From Candidatus Poseidoniaceae archaeon (GTDB lineage: Archaea > Thermoplasmatota > Poseidoniia > Poseidoniales > Poseidoniaceae), in assembly GCA_943788295.1 (NCBI GenBank), contig CALSPS010000006.1, positions 26,192 through 90,191 of the forward strand: a stretch of DNA of 64,000 nucleotides. The letters are read 5' to 3'. Under the pieces are notes generated by a model, which was not told where the DNA came from, did no database searches, and saw nothing but the letters and a program-made list of their open reading frames with translations. The translations under genes and the position numbers were made by a program. Positions within the stretch are counted from its first letter, which is position 1, and each line of letters opens with the position of its first letter. Shown here one piece after another: positions 56,891 through 64,000 of this stretch.

Positions 56891-57822
56891 CCCGGATGGC
56901 AGCAACCCGAGATGGTTACGGCCAAGCATTGCTCGACCTTGCAGACAATCCGAAGGTTGTGGTGTTGGAAGCGGATTTAGGAAAATCAACCAAATCCCTT
57001 CACTTTAGAAAAGCACATCCTGAGCGAACAGTTTCATGTGGAATTGGTGAACAAAACATGCTGTTGGTTGGCGCTGGTTTGGCCTCCGCAGGTTACATTC
57101 CATTCGCCAGCACCTTCGCCATCTTCACCGAACGTGCCTTCGAACAAATGAGAAACGGAGTGGCTCGTCCTAATTTGCCAGTCCATCTTTGTGGAAGCCA
57201 CGGTGGTACACACACCGGTACTGACGGATCATCCGCACAATCCATTGAGGACCTCGCAGTGTTCAGGACCCTTCCAAACGTTGTCGTGATGCATCCTTGC
57301 GATGATGTGAGCACTCGAGCACTCACCATGCAATTACCCGCACTTGGAAAACCATCCTACATGCGTACCGCACGCAACAAAACTCCAGTGCTCTACGACG
57401 GAAGGGAAGCCGAGATTCAAATTGGTAAAGGAGTCGTTTTGGAAGAAGGTACAGATGTGGCCATCATCGCTTGTGGCGTTTTGGTATCTGAAGCACTCAA
57501 AGCAGCAAACCGTCTGAAGCAAGAAGGCGTGTCGGCGTGTGTTGTGGATATGCACACCCTCAAACCGCTGGATGGTGCTTTGATTGACAGGCTTGTCGAA
57601 CAATGTGGTGCGCTCGTCACTGCTGAAGATCACAACATCATCGGAGGACTTGGTGGCGCTGTTGCTGAGCACCTCGTTTCGAACACCCTTGCTCCATTGG
57701 AGCGGGTCGGTGTCCCTGATCGGTTTGGAGAGTCAGGACAAGCCGATGAGATGTTGGAAGTCATGCAAATTTCGGCCCCGCACATTGCAAAAGCCGCCCA
57801 GCGAGCTATCACGCGAAAGTGA
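56887..57822 (+). CDS. Transketolase, C-terminal (pyrimidine-binding) subunit
   Basis: 311 aa; overlaps the N-terminal subunit gene by 4 nt. Typical Tkt C-terminal motifs (GIGEQNM, GSHGGTHTGTDGSS). Confidence 0.85.
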   Translation: MTRMAATRDGYGQALLDLADNPKVVVLEADLGKSTKSLHFRKAHPERTVSCGIGEQNMLLVGAGLASAGYIPFASTFAIFTERAFEQMRNGVARPNLPVHLCGSHGGTHTGTDGSSAQSIEDLAVFRTLPNVVVMHPCDDVSTRALTMQLPALGKPSYMRTARNKTPVLYDGREAEIQIGKGVVLEEGTDVAIIACGVLVSEALKAANRLKQEGVSACVVDMHTLKPLDGALIDRLVEQCGALVTAEDHNIIGGLGGAVAEHLVSNTLAPLERVGVPDRFGESGQADEMLEVMQISAPHIAKAAQRAITRK

Positions 57823-57858
57823 GCCAAGAACCATTAGGGTCGTGGCTAGACAACGACC

Positions 57859-58221
57859 ATGGCCGATACCGATCGCCTCGCTCAAACGAACCGTGTGCTT
57901 GAATCATTCATCCAAGAACGGGATTGGGAACAATTTCACACCATCAAAAACATCATTGCCTCGATTGGAATTGAAGCGGCAGAGTTGGCCGAAACTGTTC
58001 AATGGTCGAACCCATCGGTTGATGATGCTAAGAATGATCCAAATCTAATGCAAAACCTTTCTCATGAGTTGGCCGATGTGATGTTGTATTGCCTCCGATT
58101 GTCCAGTATTTTAGGCCTCGACCCGATTGAATTAATGAATAAAAAAATCATCCTCAATGCAGAAAAATATCCCGCAGATTTGGTCCGTGGTTCATCTGCA
58201 AAATACACGGAATACGTCTGA
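57859..58221 (+). CDS. MazG-like nucleotide pyrophosphohydrolase (small, all-alpha)
   Basis: 120 aa; EAAELAE...[12 protein letters not shown] matches the MazG/dCTPase EExxE motifs. Confidence 0.65.
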   Translation: MADTDRLAQTNRVLESFIQERDWEQFHTIKNIIASIGIEAAELAETVQWSNPSVDDAKNDPNLMQNLSHELADVMLYCLRLSSILGLDPIELMNKKIILNAEKYPADLVRGSSAKYTEYV

Positions 58222-58277
58222 AATGTTTTGAAAGTTCAGGCGCATACTTGATGGGGTGGGTCCAACAACCGACCTTC

Positions 58278-58940
58278 ATGGAGTTCTTTTTGGACACAGC
58301 CGACGTAGATGAAATTCGTGAAATTGCAGCTTGGGGCATCTTAGATGGTGTGACCACAAACCCTTCATTGATTAAGAAAAGTGGTCGAGATTTTAAGCAA
58401 GTCGTTGCAGAAATTGCCTCCATTTGTGACGGCCCAATCTCGGCAGAAGTCACGGCAATGGACACCGAAGGAATGGTCGCTCAGGGCATGGCGCTCAAGG
58501 ATGAGTTGCCAGAAAATGTCATTATCAAAATTCCATGCACTCCAGAAGGGTTGGCTGCGACTAAAATTCTCACAGAAGCGAACATCAAAACGAACGTCAC
58601 CCTAATTTTCTCAGCATCTCAAGCCTTGATGGCGGCGAAAGCAGGGGCAACCTATGTTTCGCCATTCATTGGTCGAATTGACGATACGGGACATGATGGA
58701 ATGAACCTGATTGCGGAGATTATGGAAACTTGGAACAATTATCCCACGATCACCACCAAAGTTCTTGCAGCATCCATCAGGCACCCGACACATGTGCTCC
58801 AGTGCATTCAATTGGGCGCTCATACCGCAACAATGCCAGCAAAGACCTTCCGTCAACTCATGACTCATCCCTTAACCGACAAAGGCCTTGAAGGATTCAT
58901 GCGAGATTGGGCTGAAGTCGAAAAGGCTGGAAACGCTTGA
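58278..58940 (+). CDS. tal: Transaldolase / fructose-6-phosphate aldolase (short Tal type)
   Basis: ORF from 58248; ATG 58278 gives [10 protein letters not shown], the canonical start. Schiff-base lysine context IKIP and TTNPSL are present. Confidence 0.85.
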   Translation: MEFFLDTADVDEIREIAAWGILDGVTTNPSLIKKSGRDFKQVVAEIASICDGPISAEVTAMDTEGMVAQGMALKDELPENVIIKIPCTPEGLAATKILTEANIKTNVTLIFSASQALMAAKAGATYVSPFIGRIDDTGHDGMNLIAEIMETWNNYPTITTKVLAASIRHPTHVLQCIQLGAHTATMPAKTFRQLMTHPLTDKGLEGFMRDWAEVEKAGNA

Positions 58941-58999
58941 TACCGAACAAATCGAAGCGTTGTTGGAAAAGGAGGATTCTTCAATGAAGTCCTCCCCGC

Positions 59000-59596
59000 T
59001 TGGTGTATAGGGGGTTTACCATGAGTTCATCAAGAGACCGGCTTCAGCAGTTGTTGGATGGAGACCTTTCCCCTGAGGACATCGCTGAAGACCCTGCGCT
59101 TGTCAGTCTTGCTGACCGTCTCTACGGAATCAAAATCGCACCCGCTCGGCCTAAGAAGGCAAGGGACATGGTCGACAACCCGGTTGCCGATGTGACAGAA
59201 GTGGCACCGCCCACAGACATGTTGATTGAGGTCATTGGCGATATTGGCACTGCAGCACCACTTCCTGATCTTCCGGCAGGTGGTCTTCCAGCAATCGCAC
59301 CGATTCCTGGCGCCAAGGGAAAGATGAATCCCCTCGTCTACGGTCTTGGGGCTGGGCTAGCATTCGTCGTTGCGAACCTCTTTGGCTTGTTCCAATCTGT
59401 GCTTGGCAACAACTGTCAAGCAAGTGACCTTTGCCCTGCCGACGGTTATACGCGAATGAATTTACTTGATCTTCACAACCTTGACACAGGCATGGGTTGG
59501 TCCCTTCCTTTGCAAGAAGGTGCTTACGGTATCCCTGACGTGGTCGCTGTGCTCGTGCTCACAATCAGCATTGTTGTGCTCATGCGTCGATCGTGA
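59000..59596 (+). CDS. Hypothetical membrane protein
   Basis: 198 aa with Pro/Ala-rich segments and two hydrophobic helices. Confidence 0.35.
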   Translation: MVYRGFTMSSSRDRLQQLLDGDLSPEDIAEDPALVSLADRLYGIKIAPARPKKARDMVDNPVADVTEVAPPTDMLIEVIGDIGTAAPLPDLPAGGLPAIAPIPGAKGKMNPLVYGLGAGLAFVVANLFGLFQSVLGNNCQASDLCPADGYTRMNLLDLHNLDTGMGWSLPLQEGAYGIPDVVAVLVLTISIVVLMRRS

Positions 59597-59841
59597 TTTT
59601 AATGATGCTAGAAACGGCAACGGAGGTCCTTTCCTACATAGGAATGATGGCAATTCTTGCCGCATTTGTTCTTGAAACTCGAAATGTGCTTCACAGTAAA
59701 CAGACCAGTTATTTGGCCCTCATGGCTGTTGGTTCAGCCCTTCTTGGCATCCGGGCTTTTCTCATAGAAGAATGGGCCTTTTTGATCTTGGAAGCGGCAT
59801 GGTGCTTTGCTGCAGTGTGGGCCTACATCCAAACCCGATAA
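59593..59841 (+). CDS. Hypothetical small membrane protein (3 TM)
   Basis: 82-aa ORF (GTG start in track; ATG at 59602), hydrophobic. Confidence 0.3.
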   Translation: MILMMLETATEVLSYIGMMAILAAFVLETRNVLHSKQTSYLALMAVGSALLGIRAFLIEEWAFLILEAAWCFAAVWAYIQTR

Positions 59842-59876
59842 CCCAGTGCATCGAGCAAAGAAGAAGCGTCATCTTG

Positions 59877-61433
59877 ATGAGCAAGAGATTGCCGAGAGCA
59901 ATCATGAGCCAAGGACCGGGTAAGGCCAAGCGAGGCATTCCTTCGAAAGAAGAGAACTTCAACGAATGGTACCCTTTCATTGTTGAAGCGGCGGAATTGG
60001 TTGACAAACGCTATCCAATCAAGGGCATGGATGTGTGGCGACCCTATGGTTGGAAAACCATGAAGCTCATCGACGCGTTGACTCATCGAGAGATGGAGCG
60101 AACCGACCATGAAGAAGTCAATTTCCCACTCCTCATCCCAGAGAACCTCCTTGATCGTGAAAACGCTCTCGTAGCCCGGTTGAAGCGCGCAAGAGAGGAG
60201 GGTGTCGACCCTGATGACCTTCGCGATGAAGAGGAAGAAGGCGGCTTCAAAAAAGAAGTTTATTGGGTCAAACACGCTGGTGAAAATGAACTTGACATTC
60301 CGATGTTTTTGCGACCAACCTCCGAAACGGCAATGTACACTATGTTCCCACTTTGGATTCGTTCTCACAAGGATTTACCGCTGAAAGTTTACCAAATGGT
60401 CAACACCTTCCGATATGAAACTAAACAGACGAGGTCGTTTATTCGGGTGAGGGAAATTCACTTTTTCGAAGCGCATACCGCCCACGCAGACGAAGCCGAC
60501 GCAACACGGCAAATCGAACAGGATTTGGAAATCGTTGACACCATCATGCATGACCTATGCCTTCCGGTGATCAAGGCAAAGCGTCCTCTTTGGGATACAT
60601 TCCCTGGCGCATGGTACACAATCGGTATCGACGCAGTGATGCCAAATGGACGAACCCTCCAAGTGGCATCATGCCACCATTACCAAGACCAGTGGGCGAA
60701 AGCATTCGATTTAACATACGAAAACCTCGATGCTCAACAGCAACATTGCCATCAAACGACTTACGGCATGTCGGAACGCTTGTTGGGTGCAGTGGTTGGT
60801 ATGCATGGAGATGAAAACGGACTCATCATGCCACCCGCGGTAGCACCATTCCAAGTGGTCGTCTGTCCAATGATCAAGAAGAATTCAGAAGTCGACACGG
60901 TGGCTGCCGCTGATGAATTAGCGGCCAAGTTGCGCCGTCATGGTCTGCGGGTCAAGGTTGATTCACGCGACATTCGTGCAGGCCAGAAGTACTACGATTG
61001 GGAAATCAAAGGCGTGCCGCTTCGCCTCGACTTAGGCCCACGGGATCTCGCTCAAGGAACAGCCTATGCAGCCCGAAGAACAGGGGGCAAAGAGCCAATT
61101 CCTCTTGATGGAATAGAAGAAGCATGCCTGTCAATCCTCGAAGAAATTTCAGAGGAGTTGCGCCGTCGGTCACACGCCCACATGAACGATGTTGTCCAAC
61201 CGTTGCCCGCAATCAATTTGGTCGATGGTGCCTATGTTCTTGAAGGCGAAGTCAAAGACGGCCACATTTACGAATTGCCATTCGATGGCACAGATGCTCA
61301 CGCTGAAACAATTGAACGATTAACCGGCTTTGCATTTTTAGGTGATTCCACCGATGAGTACGAATCAGTGCGTCCGTGTCACATGAGTGGAACGCCTACA
61401 CGCCGTCGAGTTCTCTTAGCCAAAACGTATTGA
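59877..61433 (+). CDS. proS: Prolyl-tRNA synthetase (archaeal/eukaryotic type)
   Basis: ORF from 59772; ATG 59877 (verified) precedes NFNEWYPFIVEAAELVD. Class II motifs and a C-terminal zinc-binding ProRS domain. Confidence 0.85.
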   Translation: MSKRLPRAIMSQGPGKAKRGIPSKEENFNEWYPFIVEAAELVDKRYPIKGMDVWRPYGWKTMKLIDALTHREMERTDHEEVNFPLLIPENLLDRENALVARLKRAREEGVDPDDLRDEEEEGGFKKEVYWVKHAGENELDIPMFLRPTSETAMYTMFPLWIRSHKDLPLKVYQMVNTFRYETKQTRSFIRVREIHFFEAHTAHADEADATRQIEQDLEIVDTIMHDLCLPVIKAKRPLWDTFPGAWYTIGIDAVMPNGRTLQVASCHHYQDQWAKAFDLTYENLDAQQQHCHQTTYGMSERLLGAVVGMHGDENGLIMPPAVAPFQVVVCPMIKKNSEVDTVAAADELAAKLRRHGLRVKVDSRDIRAGQKYYDWEIKGVPLRLDLGPRDLAQGTAYAARRTGGKEPIPLDGIEEACLSILEEISEELRRRSHAHMNDVVQPLPAINLVDGAYVLEGEVKDGHIYELPFDGTDAHAETIERLTGFAFLGDSTDEYESVRPCHMSGTPTRRRVLLAKTY

Positions 61434-61490
61434 GGAGCCATAGAAGTTCGAGTTTACGTCATCTCTGTTTTGCTGGGATATGAGGTGGTA

Positions 61491-62840
61491 TCATTCGGTC
61501 CATGTGCCGTGGAAATCTTCGGCATTGTCCACCCTGATGAAAAGATCCAGAGAACTCCATACAAGGCTGTTAAAACCGCTTTCCATGCCTTCTTGACCAC
61601 CAGCTTTAGCCGTCATAAATTCGAATGTGTCTGATGGAGAATGCCATTCCTGCCAGAACGAAATGTCGCCACCGGGGCTAAAGAAATTGAATGTTGGATA
61701 CCCTTCTGAGAAGAACGCACAATGATCAGATGCACACGATTCAGAAATCTGCCAAGTGATCGGATTAGCGTCGGTTGGCTGATAGGACAAATCATCATCA
61801 ATCGTGGTGCCAACCCAATCATACATTCGTTCCATGTTGGATTGATTTGCACCAGCGATGCTGATGGTCCAGTCGTATTTTGTTGCCGAAAAAAGTTCTC
61901 CGCCAGGGCCGATAATTGGTTCCGATAGAGGTACAATCGGATAGTTGAGCGAGACCATGTCGAAGTTCATGTAAGCGCGAACTGATACATTTTCAGGAAG
62001 GTGTTCAACGTAAGCAAGGGAACCGAGGAGACCTTCTTCTTCGCACGCCCATAGACCTGCCACCACGGTATGATCAAATTCCATCTGTGCAAGGGCTTGG
62101 GCCATCTCCAACGAAACGGTCGAACCTGATGTGTCGTCGTTGGCCCCTTCGTTCGTACCGCCACCAGGTGGGGTAAACATGTAGGCGATGTCGAAATGCC
62201 CTCCTATTACGATGTATTCGTCAGGGGTGACTCGGCCCCAATTATAGCCAACAACATTGAGTTGGTCGGGATCATCATCATAGCGAGTGACTTCAACAAA
62301 ATCAAAGCCCATCAATCGCATTTCTTCGGCCATTGCTTCTGCAGCTGCTTCGTACGCTGCACCACCCTCGTGAACTGAGGCTGAAGCGCACCAACGGTTG
62401 TTGTAGGAGTTCGTCAGCATGTCGATGGTTTCGAAGGCACGCCTACCATCGACGAGCATGAGTTCAGAACTTTCCTCTAATTGGACCGTATGATTGGCAA
62501 CCAAGGAATCAGCTGTCACGTTGAATCCAATGAATGTCCGTTCCGTGTCCAAGATAAGAACATCAACGGTTTGGACATCTGCATCAAAGTCCATGATGAC
62601 ATCGTCTCTGTACACACCATATTCGTCCATGAAGAAGGCTCCAGGGGTTCGTTCAATGGTGTAATCAATGTTCGATTCAACGTGAAGTGTGTACACTTGC
62701 CCCCTGGGTGCAGTGGCTGCATTCAATGATTCATCGAGGAAAAGGATACTCGATTCCTTCACTTCTGTTTCACCGTAACAGCCAGACATGACCATGCTGA
62801 TCATGAGGAGGCTTAACAGCACTGATCGGAGAGGGTTCAT
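61491..62840 (-). CDS. Secreted M28-family metallo-aminopeptidase
   Basis: 449 aa with a signal peptide (LLSLLMISMVMSGCYG, a lipobox-like Cys) and M28 zinc ligands (HFD, DDTSGS, EEEGLLGS). Confidence 0.7.
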   Translation of the reverse strand: MNPLRSVLLSLLMISMVMSGCYGETEVKESSILFLDESLNAATAPRGQVYTLHVESNIDYTIERTPGAFFMDEYGVYRDDVIMDFDADVQTVDVLILDTERTFIGFNVTADSLVANHTVQLEESSELMLVDGRRAFETIDMLTNSYNNRWCASASVHEGGAAYEAAAEAMAEEMRLMGFDFVEVTRYDDDPDQLNVVGYNWGRVTPDEYIVIGGHFDIAYMFTPPGGGTNEGANDDTSGSTVSLEMAQALAQMEFDHTVVAGLWACEEEGLLGSLAYVEHLPENVSVRAYMNFDMVSLNYPIVPLSEPIIGPGGELFSATKYDWTISIAGANQSNMERMYDWVGTTIDDDLSYQPTDANPITWQISESCASDHCAFFSEGYPTFNFFSPGGDISFWQEWHSPSDTFEFMTAKAGGQEGMESGFNSLVWSSLDLFIRVDNAEDFHGTWTE

Positions 62841-62892
62841 GGTGAATGCTCAGGGTGTCCCTATATGAATTGACGGAAGTTGAGTCTCGCCA

Positions 62893-64000
62893 TCACATAC
62901 CAAAGGAAGATGGGTCCAAATCCATGTCTCCATCCTTCATCATCTTCCGCATTTGTTTGTTGAGTTTGCGGTTTCCGCCCATGCCTTTCATCATCTTGCG
63001 GGAACGGTTCCATTGGGCGATAAGTTCTCGCACGTCCTTTTCTCGAACCCCAGCGCCACGAGCAACACGGCGGATCCTGTCAGCCTTGATTTTGGCTGGT
63101 TCGTTCTTTTCCCATGCCGTCATGCTGTCCATGATGGTGCGATATCGATCAAGGTTGCCTTGCATGGCTTCCTTTTGCCCCTTTGACATGGCACCCATTC
63201 CACCAAGCATGTTGCCTGGCAAAAAAGACATCAGTTTGTCAATCGTTCCAACCTTAGACATCATTTCCATTTGTTTGTACATGTCGTTGAGGGTGAATCG
63301 TCCACTCATCAGGCGCTGAGTCAACCGCATGGCTTCTTCTTCGTCCATGTCCTCAGGAGCCAAATCGATGAGGCCCTGAATATCGCCCATACCAAGAAGA
63401 CGTGAAATGAACCGATCGGATTCAAACTTCTCCAAATCCCCGATGTTTTCTCCAACACCAATGTGGACGATTGGGGCACCGGTTGCAGCCACAGCAGAAA
63501 GAGCGCCACCGCCGCGTGCCGTTCCGTCCAATTTGGTGATGACAATGCCAGTGACACCCGCAAGTGTATGGAAGGATGCAGCAACGGGACCCGCTGCCTG
63601 TCCTACTTGTGCATCGATGACGAGCCACCGCTCGTTGGCGCGCGTCAGGCCAGAAATTTGTTCTAATTCATCAACCAATTCCTGATCGAGTTGATGCCGT
63701 CCAGCAGTGTCGACGATCACAAGATCTGCAGCAGCACATGCTTTCAAACCGTTTCTGACAATGGTTGGCGCATCCTTTGTTTCAGGTTCGCCGTAGACTT
63801 GCACGGTTGAATCTTCCAAAAGTTGCGAGAGTTGGGCATAGGCACCAGGTCGATGCACGTCAGCCTCGATGACCGCCACGCGAAGACCATGCTTCCGGCG
63901 GTACCATTCTGCCAATTTAGCGGTCGTGGTTGTTTTTCCCTGTCCGTACAGACCAACCAACAGAAGGGTTGCTCCATGAGGTTGGAATTCATGGGCAGGA
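62893..64000 (-). CDS. srp54: Signal recognition particle protein SRP54 (partial; N-terminus lies beyond the window end)
   Basis: GxxGxGKTTT P-loop, DTAGR, TKLDG GTPase motifs and a Met-rich C-terminal M domain. The reading frame is open to position 64000. Confidence 0.85.
   Translation of the reverse strand, partial: PAHEFQPHGATLLLVGLYGQGKTTTTAKLAEWYRRKHGLRVAVIEADVHRPGAYAQLSQLLEDSTVQVYGEPETKDAPTIVRNGLKACAAADLVIVDTAGRHQLDQELVDELEQISGLTRANERWLVIDAQVGQAAGPVAASFHTLAGVTGIVITKLDGTARGGGALSAVAATGAPIVHIGVGENIGDLEKFESDRFISRLLGMGDIQGLIDLAPEDMDEEEAMRLTQRLMSGRFTLNDMYKQMEMMSKVGTIDKLMSFLPGNMLGGMGAMSKGQKEAMQGNLDRYRTIMDSMTAWEKNEPAKIKADRIRRVARGAGVREKDVRELIAQWNRSRKMMKGMGGNRKLNKQMRKMMKDGDMDLDPSSFGM

Noticed and set aside
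62893-63960. ORF-track start (MVGLYGQGKTT) for the SRP54 gene
   Set aside because: That is an internal alternative start codon within the GTPase domain. The SRP54 N- and G-domains continue upstream in frame to the window edge, so the gene is partial rather than 355 aa.

Overview
The window is a gene-dense archaeal chromosomal segment with about 50% GC, roughly 60 protein genes and one tRNA. I had no search tools, so every call rests on reading the six-frame translations and recalling family motifs.

The archaeal assignment rests on archaea/eukaryote-type ribosomal proteins S19e, L39e, L31e and S17e, the proteasome-activating nucleotidase PAN, primase small subunit PriS, aMBF1, Kae1, Tsr3, an archaeal-type ProRS, SRP54 and a tRNA with a genomically encoded CCA. 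Giant secreted surface proteins and several lysine-rich low-complexity tails suggest a planktonic Thermoplasmatota / Marine-Group-II-like euryarchaeon; that is inference only.

Main contents:
- A tightly overlapping preQ0 (archaeosine precursor) operon, folE-queE-queC-queD. The queC gene is fused to a C-terminal MsrB domain and has lost the QueC zinc-binding cysteines.
- A histidine-degradation route dispersed across the window (hutI, hutU-hutH, and a split ftcD formiminotransferase plus cyclodeaminase).
- Futalosine-pathway menaquinone genes (mqnD, mqnA and a radical-SAM mqnC/E) interrupted by a WD40 surface protein.
- Methylmalonyl-CoA epimerase and mutase, a split transketolase with MazG and transaldolase, a P-type Ca-ATPase, and OPT and MFS transporters.
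- An FdhA-like molybdoenzyme with FdhD, MetRS, ProRS and an M28 peptidase.

The candidates I rank highest for novelty are:
- A stand-alone half-length homologue of eukaryotic deoxyhypusine hydroxylase.
- The QueC-MsrB fusion.
- A tRNA-proximal pair of zinc-ribbon acidic proteins, the larger carrying four EF-hands, an acidic tandem repeat and two TM helices.
- A Kae1-coupled lysine-rich protein.
- A polyproline/coiled-coil protein co-transcribed with a lysine-tailed RDD membrane protein next to priS.

No CRISPR array, integrase, transposase or recognisable defence system was seen.
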